Shown: piece by piece, positions 1-9,942 of the stretch | How the letters are laid out: the number at the start of each line of letters is the position of its first letter | Numbering within the stretch: the first letter of the stretch is position 1 | Source: a virus | Lineage: Duplodnaviria; Heunggongvirae; Uroviricota; Caudoviricetes | Reading direction: 5' to 3' (one strand) | Virus record (IMG/VR): IMGVR_UViG_2802429229_000003 | Length of the DNA stretch: 41,511 nucleotides | Notes under the pieces: generated by a model | Told to the model about the DNA's origin: nothing | Databases searched by the model: none | What the model saw: only the letters and a program-made list of their open reading frames with translations | Program-made: the position numbers and the translations under genes

Positions 1-588
1 TTTGTTCTGCAGCTGGTCTGTGGTGCTGTCCGGCGTCATCCTGCGCATCCGGATATTGAACGGGCGCGGCGGCAGGTTATCCACCACCACCGAGGCCAGA
101 TACTGTGAGGTGGTTTTTCCCTTAATGGTGATGTCTTTTTCCGTCACCCAACCACCGTTACGTTGTATCTGAACCAGCAGGCGGACTTCCGACGGATTCC
201 GGTCCCCCTTTGAGGTGGTTTCCACCAGTGCCTGCACGCCGAAAGTAAAACGCAGACGGTCAATGTTTGCCGACGTGATGGTCCGGGTGATCGGCGTGTC
301 ATATTTCACTTCTGTACCGAGCACCGTCTCGGAGCCGGAGGATTCAAATCCCTCCGGCGGTGTCTGCTCCTGCTCACCGGCCCGGAACACCACCGTGACG
401 CCGGAGATGTTGGTATTCCCCTCACTGTCCAGCACTGGCGTACTGTTCAGCAGCACGCTTTTTAATCCATCCACCGGACCTTCAATCGGCCCTTCACTGA
501 TGGCGTCTATCACGCTCAGCATCTGGGATGATTTCAGGTTGTCCTTCGCTTCGCGCGGGGTATGCCCCTTACTGCTGCCTTTACCCAT
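1..588 (-). CDS. J: Tail tip host-specificity protein J, N-terminal part only (truncated by window start)
   Basis: Minus-strand ATG at 588 with GGAG-containing RBS; translation starts MGKGSSKGHTPREAKD, matching my recollection of the lambda J N-terminus. No stop before the window edge. Confidence 0.8.
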   Translation of the reverse strand, partial: MGKGSSKGHTPREAKDNLKSSQMLSVIDAISEGPIEGPVDGLKSVLLNSTPVLDSEGNTNISGVTVVFRAGEQEQTPPEGFESSGSETVLGTEVKYDTPITRTITSANIDRLRFTFGVQALVETTSKGDRNPSEVRLLVQIQRNGGWVTEKDITIKGKTTSQYLASVVVDNLPPRPFNIRMRRMTPDSTTDQLQNK

Positions 589-610
589 TCCTCACGCTCC
601 AGAAACGACA

Positions 611-630
611 AAACCGCCCGCAGGCGGTTT
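611..630 (-). terminator. Terminator-like hairpin between I and J: 8-bp stem AAACCGCC/GGCGGTTT, 4-nt loop, followed on the minus strand by a U-rich tract
   Basis: Inverted repeat read directly; the downstream tract (TGTCGTTTCTGG) is interrupted, so termination efficiency is doubtful. Confidence 0.3.
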
Positions 631-648
631 CACATAAAACGTTTTTCA

Positions 649-1290
649 TCAACGACCAATCACCACAACCTGACCACCATCCCCTTCGTCTGCCGTGCTG
701 ATCTCCTGAGAAACCACGCGTGACCCCACGCTCATTTCACCGTACAGAACCGGCAGAACATTGCCCAGGGCAACCATGTTATCCAGTGAGGAGAAATAGG
801 TGTTCTGTTTGCCGTTATCCGTTGTCTGTGTGCGGGGGGTTTTGGGTTTAGGGGCCAGCATCTGTGCAACACCGCCAAGCGTCATACTGGCACCGAGAGA
901 AAACAGCAGATTACTCGCCATAATTCCTACCCCCGGCATCCATATAGCAACCGCCATAACAGCCGCCCCCAGCACAGCCTGAAACACACCGCCACTTTTG
1001 GCTCCTGCCAGACGCGGCACGATATGGATCACAGCACCATTTGCCAGCGGTTCATTAAGACGGGCTGATAATTCCGTTTCACCTGTATCACGCCCGGCAA
1101 TGCGTACCTGATACCAGCCGTCGCTCAGCTTCTGACGAAACGCCGGGATCTGCATGGCCAGCGCCCGGATGGCTTCGGCCCCCGTTTTCACACGCAGATC
1201 GATGCGGCGGCCAAATCGTTGCAAATCCCCGTAAAGGCAGATGCGTGCCATGCCTGGTGACGCCAGAGGGAGTGTGTGCGTCGCTGCCAT
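649..1290 (-). CDS. I: Tail assembly protein I
   Basis: 213-aa ORF; N-terminus MAATHTLPLASPGMARICLYGDLQRFGRR and C-terminus TADEGDGGQVVVIGR match my recollection of lambda I. Confidence 0.85.
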   Translation of the reverse strand: MAATHTLPLASPGMARICLYGDLQRFGRRIDLRVKTGAEAIRALAMQIPAFRQKLSDGWYQVRIAGRDTGETELSARLNEPLANGAVIHIVPRLAGAKSGGVFQAVLGAAVMAVAIWMPGVGIMASNLLFSLGASMTLGGVAQMLAPKPKTPRTQTTDNGKQNTYFSSLDNMVALGNVLPVLYGEMSVGSRVVSQEISTADEGDGGQVVVIGR

Positions 1291-1931
1291 TTGTCGGTAT
1301 ACCTCTCTCGTTTGCTCAGTTGTTCAGGAATATGGTGCAACAGCTCGCCGTCGCCGCAGTAAATGGCGGCATGATTCGGCACCGATGAACCAAAACAGCA
1401 CAGCAGCACATCGCCCGGCTGCGCCGCTGACAACGGCACCTGATACAGCCCTGTGGCCTCCAGATTATCCAGATAGAGATTCTGACCTGATTTCCACCAG
1501 TCATCATGTCGGTAAAAATCCGGCAAATCGATACCTGCAAGATGATAGGCATCGCGGAACAGCGTATAACAGTCTGTCACCCCGTGCTCAAAACGCCGCC
1601 CGGTGAGATGCGGCACACAGCGGAACTTATGAATCACTCCCCGGCAGACCAGCCACCACGGCAAATCACTCTGCATCTGCAGCCGCCTGTCAGCCTCACT
1701 CAGCCAGGGCAGACCACCGGGGTGGCTGTGGACCAGCGCCACAATCTCACCCTGCATTTCTGCCTGCAGCCAGTCTTCCGGCGACATCCGGAAATACGCC
1801 TCCGGCTCACCGGAGATATTCACACAGGGAAAATATCTTTCCTCCTCCGGCGTGCTTACCACGAAGCCGCACGACTCCGCTGGCGCACATCGCCGGGCGT
1901 GCGCCAGAATCGCTGATTCTGTCTGTGTCAT
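1188..1931 (-). CDS. K: Tail assembly protein K (HSHPGG JAMM/MPN-type motif plus NlpC/P60-like Cys-His region)
   Basis: ORF begins MTQTESAILAHARRCAPAESCGFVV as I recall for lambda K; overlaps the start of I by about 100 nt. True start codon not verified. Confidence 0.75.
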   Translation of the reverse strand: MTQTESAILAHARRCAPAESCGFVVSTPEEERYFPCVNISGEPEAYFRMSPEDWLQAEMQGEIVALVHSHPGGLPWLSEADRRLQMQSDLPWWLVCRGVIHKFRCVPHLTGRRFEHGVTDCYTLFRDAYHLAGIDLPDFYRHDDWWKSGQNLYLDNLEATGLYQVPLSAAQPGDVLLCCFGSSVPNHAAIYCGDGELLHHIPEQLSKRERYTDKWQRRTHSLWRHQAWHASAFTGICNDLAAASICV

Positions 1932-1936
1932 GGGAT

Positions 1937-2635
1937 TTACTGCGAAAGTTTGTTAATGGAAAGGAAGCCGCCAAAGTTGCCGACGTTATTGCGAAACTTA
2001 CAGCCACTCAGGCATTTGCTGCATTTATCCTTCGTGATATCGGACGTCGGCTGGTCATATTCATCCGCGACTGCCGGACCGTGATAACCGCACTCATCGC
2101 CGCGATAGGTCCAGGTGCAGGTGTTGGCCAGCATGATACGTCCCGGAAAAACAGCGCCGTCCGTTTCCGTCGGCGTGGACAGTACAAAAGAGGCACTCAC
2201 CGCGCTCAGTTCGCTGCACTGCTCGATGCGCCAGCGGCTGATCACCTCCTGCTCCGGATCGGCGTCACTGTTTCCGTTGACGAAGTTCACCGCATCCAGA
2301 AAACGGGCGTAAACCTTACGCCGGACCACCGTTCCGCCGACCAGACTCTGCAGGTCTTCCGCCATACCGGTGACCATGCCGTGCAGGTTAGAGACCGTCA
2401 GCGTGGGGCGCGTACTGGTGCCTTTGCCATTCAGTTCAAAACCGCTCCCCTGAATGGGATACGGCTGATACTGTCGCCCCTGCCAGGTGACCGGCTCACC
2501 TTTTTCGTTCTGCTCATTACAGAAAAAATAACGTTCTCCACCGACCTCTGTCAGGTCGATTTCCCAGAGCACCACGCTGGCCGACTGCTCCGCACGAATG
2601 CATTCATTCAGCGTTTCCTGTTGTATGTCCTGCAT
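1937..2635 (-). CDS. L: Minor tail protein L
   Basis: 232-aa ORF, the same length as lambda L, with near-identical recalled sequence ([12 protein letters not shown]...GGFLSINKLSQ). Confidence 0.85.
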   Translation of the reverse strand: MQDIQQETLNECIRAEQSASVVLWEIDLTEVGGERYFFCNEQNEKGEPVTWQGRQYQPYPIQGSGFELNGKGTSTRPTLTVSNLHGMVTGMAEDLQSLVGGTVVRRKVYARFLDAVNFVNGNSDADPEQEVISRWRIEQCSELSAVSASFVLSTPTETDGAVFPGRIMLANTCTWTYRGDECGYHGPAVADEYDQPTSDITKDKCSKCLSGCKFRNNVGNFGGFLSINKLSQ

Positions 2636-2973
2636 CAGATCACCACTTCGTCAAACTGACACGAAAAATCGGTATAGGTGATATGTTCTGTCGCTGACCA
2701 CGTTCGACACACCACTCTGATTTTTCTGTTAATACCCGGCGGGCGCCAAAAAAAAGATTTATAGCCTTCATGCCGGGCTAAAAATTTTTCAAATGAATCA
2801 CGTTCATTCGCCTCAACTTTGAAATCACAGGTGAAAACGCGCAGAGAATGATTAAGTCCATTTGGACTTCGTTGCTCATAACCATCACCAAATCTTACAG
2901 TTTTTATCGATGGTTTATTTTCTGTTTTCATTCCATCCTCTGGTAACCAGTGAAATTCTTCCGTATTAGCCAC
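2635..2973 (-). CDS. M: Minor tail protein M
   Basis: 112-aa ORF between the tape measure gene and L with motif [10 protein letters not shown] as in lambda M; start overlaps the tape measure stop. Confidence 0.75.
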
Positions 2974-5900
2974 TTAACATTCCCCCATCACGTCGCATAT
3001 TTAACAGATTGCCCTGCACCCGCTGATCAACCATCCCCATAAGTGCTTTTATTGCCTGAGGGCCAATCTCTCCATTCTGGCCGTCATTTTGAATAGTGAT
3101 TTGGTATACAGGGGCATAGGTAATATCTCCGCCTCCATTACCACTTTTACTATTAATAGCTCTGACACCAAGAGAACCATCGGAAGTTCGTGTTAATGGC
3201 ATAATGGCTTCCGGTCCAGCCTCACCAAAAACACCAGCCCCTTTTGCAAAAGCAAAAAATTGCGGGGAATCATAAATACCGTTCGAATACGTGCTCAATG
3301 ACGGAGACTCATAAACACCGCCCTTTGCATTCGGAATAAATTTACTAATAGCACTCCCGATAGTTCCTAAAATCCCCCCAGAAGAACTGTTACTAATGCT
3401 GTCGAAAATCCCAGTAATTGAAGCCTTTAATGCTATTCGACTAAGATCCGAAATCACGGAAGTAGCGAAAGAACGAAAATTTGCCTTGCCTGTCGTGACA
3501 AAATCACCCAGCGCATCGGTCATTCCATCAAACATCTGAGTCGTGGTTGATTTTATCTGCTCACTGATATCCTTAGTGTCATCCAGCCAGTTATTGAATC
3601 CCTGGGAGGCACCACTAACCCAGTCTCCTGCCTGAATATCGAGCTGCTCGTTTTTCTGTCTGACAATTTCTTTTTCCCGTTCCAGAGCATCATTCAGAGC
3701 CTGCATTTTCTCTTGAAAAACATGATCTGACATTCCACGGGATTTATCTGCATAGTCACGTTCAAGTTGCAGACGCTGATTGTTATATCCATGTTCAATC
3801 CGCAGTAATTCCTGCTGGCGTTGCTGATTTTTATCGCCAACCCCATAACCAGCAATCTGAATATCATACCCCTGCTGACGATTATCAATCGAAGCCTGCA
3901 ATGAATCACGCCATGCTGTTATTTCGGCGGATTCCTTGATTAGCCTGTTATTTTTTTCAATCGCAACATTTTTCTCCATCAACGTGGTTATTTCTTCCCG
4001 GTGTAAGAGAAGCGATTTCTGATCCTGGGTTAATTTCGATGATGGTCGTGACTCTAGGTCGGCAATCCGCTGACGCCACTTAACCAGTTCCTGTTCAGAG
4101 GAACTTAATTTAACGGTCAACTCAGCTTGTGAACTTAGTAACGCATTCTGTTGATTCAGATGATCAATCATTCGTTGGGCTGCATCATCAGAATAATCTT
4201 TCGCCTTTGGTTGCTTTGGATCTTTATAACGCTCATTTATTTGAGCGATAAGATTATTATATTCTTCCTTTGAATACTGATTCTTTAGCTTTTCCAGTTT
4301 TGCAAGTTCACTAGCTCTCTGCTGCTCCCGGGTCTGATATTGTTTTGAAAAGGCATCTGCTCTCTGTCTGAGTTCAATTCCTTCCTGTTGTCGCTTGTTG
4401 TAATCGTTTATTGATGAATTTAGTACGTCCTGAGCAATTTTTTCTGCTTGAAGTACGCCCAATTGCTGCTTTAATCGTGCCAGCCTTTTATTTTGAGCTC
4501 CGCCATCTCCAATGCCACCTAACCCGAAAACTCCGGGTCGGGTATTTTTTTCTATTTCATCAATTTGACGGAGAACATCTGAGATTTTTTGATCAAGGGA
4601 GGCCTCACGGCCAATATCCAGCATGGAATCCCATGCCCATTTTGCGGAGTCTGCGACAGCTTTCCATGCAGTCTCAAGATAACCAAGATTTTCTTTAATC
4701 TGGTTGGTGCGCTGGATCATTGAGGATGAGTATTCTTCTGTCGCAATGCGGGCGGCCTCCTGCTGGTTCCCTTCATCCTGTAGCGCCTTAATCTGGTTAT
4801 AAGTCGCAAGTGTCAGAAAATGGTACTGATCATTAAGTTTTGATATGGCACTGACAGGATCCTTTGCAATTTCATTGAAGTCATTAACCAGTTGTTCGGT
4901 TGATATTCCTGTTACTTCGCTCGTTTTTACTATCGCTGTCGTCACTTGCTCCAGCGAACTGCTCGCTACCTTTCCCGAACGCACAAGCTGATTTAATACT
5001 GCCGCCGCAGCACCAGTTGTCGAATCAGCCGCATTCCCGGCACGTTGAGCTATATCGCCCAATTGCCCGCTGGTTGTCCCCAACTGATTTCCGGTAAGAA
5101 TAAGAGATTTATTAAATTCGTCCTGCTCCTGAGAGCCTTTATAGTAAGCCAGTCCTAAGACCCCAACGGCTGCTGCGGCCAGGGTAAAAGGATTAATTAA
5201 TCCCAGCACATAAGAACCTACACCTTTGATCGCCGGGCCAATCCCACCGAACATATCTTTTAGCTGGCCGCCCTGCTGCATTAACACCATAAATGGCGAC
5301 TGACCAGTGGACAACCCAACAACAATATCCGTCATTTGTGCAGGCAACATGCGCATAGCAAAAGCCGTTTGTTTTGCCGACATTCCGGTTTTGCTTAATT
5401 GTGATTGAGTAACCTCAAGCTCACTCCGCATAGCACGAAGTTTTCCAGAAAGCTCCTCATACATTTCAGGAGAAAGCATCCCCTTAGCTTTTGCTTCATT
5501 GAGCTGTTTCTGTTGTTCTACCAGACGATTAAAAGCAGTTCCGACAGGATCAAGTTGAGCAATCAGACGTTGCAAAGCAACAACCTGTTCATCATGCGCT
5601 TTTGCTGCTTCTCGCTCTGCCTGAGCCTCTCCAGTAAGCTCTCGCCGTGTTTCCTGTATTTTTCGGCTATAATTCTCAAACTGAGAACCATTTATTTTCC
5701 CGGATGCAAACGCAGCATTAAGTTCATCATGCTGTTGTTCAAGATTTCTTAGCGCCGCAGCCAGAGGGTCGATCTTGTCCAGCATTCTTTGAAAGGCCTG
5801 AGCCTGCGCTTCCTGCTGGGCGGCAGCAAGTTTTCCGGCCTTCTCGGCTTCTCTCTGCGCTTGCGCAACCCCGCTCAATTCCTCTGTGGTTTCATTAAGT

Positions 5901-6199
5901 TTACGGACAAGAAATTCATATTCTTCTTTATCAATAAGCCCTTTATCGAAAAATTTCTTTAATTCAGAATAGCGTCGACCGACAGTATCAATTGCGGCAC
6001 CAACTGGATCAATAGCTGCTTTTAATTTTGCGAGCGCGTTCTTCTCATCTTCTGTTGCCTTAGTCACTTTCCCTGCGCTATTTGCAGCAGTTTCCCCAGC
6101 CTGCGTCATTTTGACTAATGAGGAGGTCAGATTGTCAGCATTATTTTTCGCTCCAGTGCTATCAATAATTATTGCGAGACGCGAGGTTTGCTCTGCCAT
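2966..6199 (-). CDS. Tail tape measure protein (H-position), 1077 aa
   Basis: Very long coiled-coil-rich ORF between the G/T chaperone genes and M; AGGAG RBS before ATG at 6199 (MAEQTS). Longer than the 853 aa I recall for lambda H. Confidence 0.85.
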
Positions 6200-6215
6200 T
6201 TATTAAAACTCCTGA

Positions 6216-6248
6216 CAACAAAAAACCCACCGCGAAGTGGGTTTCAGG
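6216..6248 (-). terminator. Intrinsic-terminator-like hairpin about 17 nt upstream of the tape measure start
   Basis: Minus strand reads AAACCCAC-UUCGCG-GUGGGUUU followed by UUUGUUG; lies inside the 165-nt gap between the GT stop (6365) and the tape measure start. Confidence 0.4.
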
Positions 6249-6364
6249 CGACATAATAGTAGATATAGCGATTACGAGGCCACGCAATGCTTTTCTCCAG
6301 GAGCATCATCGATTTAATTAAAGACACCATCACATCTCTGTAACAGAGTGTACGTAATTAACAA

Positions 6365-6685
6365 CTACACACACTGCTCCTGAAAATACTGGTCATCCAG
6401 TGCAAAGATCACTGCTTCAAATTCATCGCGCTCAATCAATACCGGATGAGTGGCTAAATATTCATTTATCTCTGTCAGAGATAAAGGCAAAGGCACCCCA
6501 GCCATTCCAGCATAACGTCGGGCACGGGATATTACCGAATAGGCGTACAACAACTCCTTAAGCACCGGGTCTATTTCTGGTTCCGGTATCGGTGGCAACC
6601 TGAGTTTTTCTCGCTTCCATCTTGCCTTTTCCCCCCTTTCTCCCCCGAACTCCGATAACCACCGCTGGGCAGCTATGGCTTTTTT
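6365..6685 (-). CDS. Tail assembly chaperone GT, -1 frameshift extension (T part); fusion product continues from G
   Basis: The -1 frame entered at the slippery heptamer stays open to a stop at 6365 and is the frame of the 6365-6598 ORF; no stop codon between the slip site and that ORF. Confidence 0.6.
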   Translation of the reverse strand, partial: KKAIAAQRWLSEFGGERGEKARWKREKLRLPPIPEPEIDPVLKELLYAYSVISRARRYAGMAGVPLPLSLTEINEYLATHPVLIERDEFEAVIFALDDQYFQEQCV

Positions 6686-7134
6686 ATCGTATCCTGCTTC
6701 TGCTGCTCTTTACCCTGGGCGATGCTGGCTGCTTCTGCAAGGATCTGCCAGTACAAATCTGGATTCTGCTTAAGCAGCGCGATCCCTCGTTCTGCCGTAT
6801 ATTCCAGTGCAACCTCAACACCATTAACCAGTTCACCAACCCCTTTCCAGTCTTTCAGCAGATAACGAGCGGCATTATCAATGAGTAAATCATCAACAGA
6901 ATCCACCTCGGAAACCTTTGAAATATCAAACTCCTTCGTTCCGACGTGCAAACTGGCATCCATTTTCTCAATGTGGCGACGGATTAATGCATTACGGGAG
7001 CGATACTGATCGTTATCGCTGCTTGCCACCAACAGTTTTAACCCGTCTACAGGTTTTAAGTCCTTCATTGGCGTAAACCAGCGTTCTCCACCAATGAGAA
7101 TTTTCTGATTAAGAATAAACATCCATAACCTCAT
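6673..7134 (-). CDS. Tail assembly chaperone G (zero-frame product)
   Basis: 153-aa ORF immediately upstream of the tape measure region; ends ...IKKP-stop directly after the slippery heptamer; RBS-like GAGG before ATG at 7122 or 7134. Confidence 0.65.
   Translation of the reverse strand: MRLWMFILNQKILIGGERWFTPMKDLKPVDGLKLLVASSDNDQYRSRNALIRRHIEKMDASLHVGTKEFDISKVSEVDSVDDLLIDNAARYLLKDWKGVGELVNGVEVALEYTAERGIALLKQNPDLYWQILAEAASIAQGKEQQKQDTIKKP
6679..6685 (-). other. Programmed -1 ribosomal frameshift slippery heptamer A-AAA-AAG
   Basis: Minus-strand codons AUA AAA AAG CCA UAG; heptamer A_AAA_AAG three codons before the G stop, the conserved position for tail chaperone frameshifting. Confidence 0.6.
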
Positions 7135-7182
7135 TCAATGCGTCCCCCTGTAGGGCAGTACCACAGGAGGAATAACGGAAAA

Positions 7183-8145
7183 TCAACTAATCGCCTCAGC
7201 ACTGGCTTTTGCGATCACGGCAGCCGGGGAATTTTTTTTTCTGGTTATCGTAGGTGCTTCATCTGCTGCGGTAATGCTCAATTGAACCTGGATAATGTCG
7301 CTATTACCCCCATCAGGCCATTCACCTGACACCTGAACCTTCGGGAAACTGAAAGTGTATGCCCCCTCTCCATTCGAAAGCGTGAAGCTGAACGGAACTG
7401 TTTCTCCAGTCAGTGTTTTACTCCAGATTTCCCACGCGGCTTTAGACCATGAAAGCGTCACCGTACCGGACGGTGTAAAAGTAGTCGGAATATTTGCTCC
7501 TGCATAAGGCGAGCCAGTCCCGATACAACGCTGTGTCTGGAGTTTGTTATCGAACTGAATATCAAAACTGTCGATACAAAAACCGTTACCTCCGGCAACA
7601 CCATTCAGGCTTACTGCTGAAACCTCCTTAAACGAATAACGTAGCTTTCCTGCACTATCCACAGGTTCGCCTTTGATAAAATTCGTATCATCGGCCTTTG
7701 ATTCCCAGTCCAGTCCGGCAAAGGTTACGGTCGCTGTAATATCGCCGTCGTTAGGGATCTGCATTTTCCATGAGCCAACCTGCGCTCCTCTGACGACAGA
7801 GGCAATTCCGACATCGGACGCATAGGTCGCCAGAGAAAATGTTATTCGCTCATTCCCCATTGTCAGAGAATCGCCTGACCATTCCGCGCCGAAACAGGAT
7901 GCAAGAAAATCATCATGTTGACCCCAGCGAAATTTGGTACCAACATCACCGCCGACATCCACAGTGCCAGGCGTCGCCCCCTGAGCCATCCGGGAGCCAC
8001 CAATCTCATTATTTTCGCCTTTATTCTGGGTGGGTTTTACTCCCCAGCTTGTGCGTTTTAATAAACTCCAGTCACCACTTGCTGGCGTAGTGCCTGCAAC
8101 CGTCTCCCGGATAAATGCCGAGATAACCTTTGCACCTGAACTCAC
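7183..8145 (-). CDS. Major tail protein (V-position), 320 aa
   Basis: GTG start at 8145 preceded by UAGGAGG RBS; lies between the U-position gene and G. Assignment is by position and size; sequence is not lambda V as I recall it. Confidence 0.6.
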   Translation of the reverse strand: MSSGAKVISAFIRETVAGTTPASGDWSLLKRTSWGVKPTQNKGENNEIGGSRMAQGATPGTVDVGGDVGTKFRWGQHDDFLASCFGAEWSGDSLTMGNERITFSLATYASDVGIASVVRGAQVGSWKMQIPNDGDITATVTFAGLDWESKADDTNFIKGEPVDSAGKLRYSFKEVSAVSLNGVAGGNGFCIDSFDIQFDNKLQTQRCIGTGSPYAGANIPTTFTPSGTVTLSWSKAAWEIWSKTLTGETVPFSFTLSNGEGAYTFSFPKVQVSGEWPDGGNSDIIQVQLSITAADEAPTITRKKNSPAAVIAKASAEAIS

Positions 8146-8171
8146 AGGAGCCTCCTATGTCATTAATTGCG

Positions 8172-8564
8172 CTAGAGCGCGCGATATGGAATTTGAAGAT
8201 TAAGCTGGAACCAGCCATTCTTTTCGCCAACGGCTATTGAGGAAACAGCCTGGTAACTGAGACGATCGTCATCCTGAAACTCAAACAGTTCCCGCAATTT
8301 ATCGGCTGTCTCAGTAATGAGTTTTGAACCAGAACCTGCGGGGACAAATAACTGAATAATGATTATCCCCGTGCGATAAACAACCGGCCCCGCGCCAATT
8401 TCATTAACTCCAGCCTGCCCGGGAATATTACTTAACCGCGCCCAGATTAACTTACCGGAAGGATCGAACGTTGGCCCGTTCGGATACAATACATCTTTTC
8501 CATCAATAATCGTCTGTGCCGTCATTCTGGAAATAACCGTATTTCTGATTTCAGTAAACTTCAT
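8172..8564 (-). CDS. Tail terminator protein (U-position), 130 aa
   Basis: Size (lambda U is 131 aa) and position immediately upstream of the major tail gene; start overlaps the upstream stop. Confidence 0.5.
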   Translation of the reverse strand: MKFTEIRNTVISRMTAQTIIDGKDVLYPNGPTFDPSGKLIWARLSNIPGQAGVNEIGAGPVVYRTGIIIIQLFVPAGSGSKLITETADKLRELFEFQDDDRLSYQAVSSIAVGEKNGWFQLNLQIPYRAL

Positions 8565-8941
8565 TTGTAAGCCTGTAAAACACCATGAAAAGCGTTGGCA
8601 TACACGCCAGTTGGCGCTTGTTGTGAATGACCGTTTTCAAGAGCCTCTGCATAAGGAAGGTTATTCTGGATATAAATAACCCCGTAATTTGCAGCTTTCG
8701 AAATAACCCCGATCCCACGCTGAACAGCAATCGTACCATTCGGATCCACGTTATCAGATATACCAAAATCGGGATGCTGTAACGACACCAGGTTGTTATT
8801 TCTGAAACGTCCGGTATCAACCGGAGCAGCAATATCAATAACAGTAAGAATCTGCATAGCGATGTAGCGAATCTTCAGCCCTACATCTTCCTCAATCATC
8901 CCGGCAAATATTGACGGTTCTATATCCCATGCCTTTGCCAT
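8561..8941 (-). CDS. Tail completion protein (Z-position), 126 aa
   Basis: Position in conserved head-tail joining gene order; coupled to neighbouring genes. Confidence 0.45.
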   Translation of the reverse strand: MAKAWDIEPSIFAGMIEEDVGLKIRYIAMQILTVIDIAAPVDTGRFRNNNLVSLQHPDFGISDNVDPNGTIAVQRGIGVISKAANYGVIYIQNNLPYAEALENGHSQQAPTGVYANAFHGVLQAYK

Positions 8942-9325
8942 TTACGCTCTCCTTAACTGGATAGAGTAAACTGATGCTGAAGGATCTACACTTGCTGTAA
9001 TTACCTCGTATCGTTGTAACTGCCTTGATACAGGATCATAAATCTCAATAATATGGTCGACAGCTGGTTTATCCGTAACCTCGCATACCAGAGCGGTTAA
9101 TTTAAGGTCACCATGCAAAATATTAATCCCATCAATTCTGCCCAGCTTATAACGTGTCAACACGCCTCGCCCGGTATAGATTGCGGTGGATTCGCCGCCA
9201 GTTTCCGTCACAGGATCCCAGTGCCGGTGCGTAACGTAAGAACCAGAAAAATCACTCACGGCGTCCGCTAAATCCTCATCAAAAGCAGCGGCAACCTCTG
9301 ACTGAATCTCTTCACGAAGCCCCAT
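8942..9325 (-). CDS. Head-tail joining protein (FII-position), 127 aa
   Basis: Position and size only. Confidence 0.45.
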   Translation of the reverse strand: MGLREEIQSEVAAAFDEDLADAVSDFSGSYVTHRHWDPVTETGGESTAIYTGRGVLTRYKLGRIDGINILHGDLKLTALVCEVTDKPAVDHIIEIYDPVSRQLQRYEVITASVDPSASVYSIQLRRA

Positions 9326-9720
9326 TATCCCCCCCTCACAACCCTGACTTGTGAGCGACTAAGTCCGTACGGTTTCAGCAGTGCTATCGCAAGCTGTAAA
9401 TCGGGTTCAAGCAATGCAGTGCTGTTTGCTGGCAACTCAGAAAATGATTTCGATACACTGACCCCGTCAGCCGACACGGCTTTACTGATAACAACGCCAG
9501 AATCATTTTTCTGCTGAAACAACTTACCGAATGAGGCAATTCTGGCTGCATATGCTCCCGCAAGTTTTACCTCTTCCGGAATACGGGATGGGTTAATTTT
9601 CAGGTTGAAGCCATTAAGCCAGGCATTAGCCATTAAAACAGCTTTATTTTTAGCGTTCTCACTCGTCCAGGCGTTCCCAAACGCATTATCAACGTCATCA
9701 CAGGTCACGTAAGTGATCAT
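9325..9720 (-). CDS. Head completion / head-tail adaptor protein (FI-position), 131 aa
   Basis: ATG at 9720 preceded by CAGGAG RBS; position downstream of the capsid gene. Confidence 0.45.
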   Translation of the reverse strand: MITYVTCDDVDNAFGNAWTSENAKNKAVLMANAWLNGFNLKINPSRIPEEVKLAGAYAARIASFGKLFQQKNDSGVVISKAVSADGVSVSKSFSELPANSTALLEPDLQLAIALLKPYGLSRSQVRVVRGG

Positions 9721-9723
9721 GTG

Positions 9724-9900
9724 TTACTCCTGAGTTTTCCAGCCCATAGCCTTCCAGTTGTCAACTTCATCAGGATGAACATTAGCGATAGTTGGTGCGC
9801 CGGGAAACATCTGATAATCGGTCACCATAACCACTAACTCAATTTGCGTTTTTTGTGCGGCTTCACGCTGTGCTCTTTGCTCTTTAGTTAATCCGGCCAT
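9724..9900 (-). CDS. Small hypothetical protein, 58 aa (MAGLTKEQRAQREAAQ...)
   Basis: ATG at 9900 just after a GGGGGG tract; stop codon sits inside the RBS of the next gene, typical of packed phage operons. Too short for the ORF track. Confidence 0.35.
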   Translation of the reverse strand: MAGLTKEQRAQREAAQKTQIELVVMVTDYQMFPGAPTIANVHPDEVDNWKAMGWKTQE

Positions 9901-9909
9901 ATGCCCCCC

Positions 9910-9933
9910 ATTAAAAATGGGGCCGAAGCCCCG
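9910..9933 (-). terminator. Intrinsic terminator (GGGGC-UUCG-GCCCC plus U5) directly after the major capsid gene
   Basis: Minus strand reads CGGGGCUUCGGCCCCAUUUUUAAU, 10 nt after the capsid stop; GC stem with UUCG tetraloop and U-run. Confidence 0.6.
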
Positions 9934-9942
9934 TTTGAATGT

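Noticed and set aside
215-637. 140-aa plus-strand ORF overlapping the J gene
   Set aside because: Antisense to a confidently identified lambda J N-terminus; no RBS or motif.
3694-5752. Several 65-115-aa ORFs on both strands inside the tape measure gene
   Set aside because: All nested within or antisense to the 1077-aa tape measure ORF; repetitive coiled-coil sequence readily generates open frames on the opposite strand.
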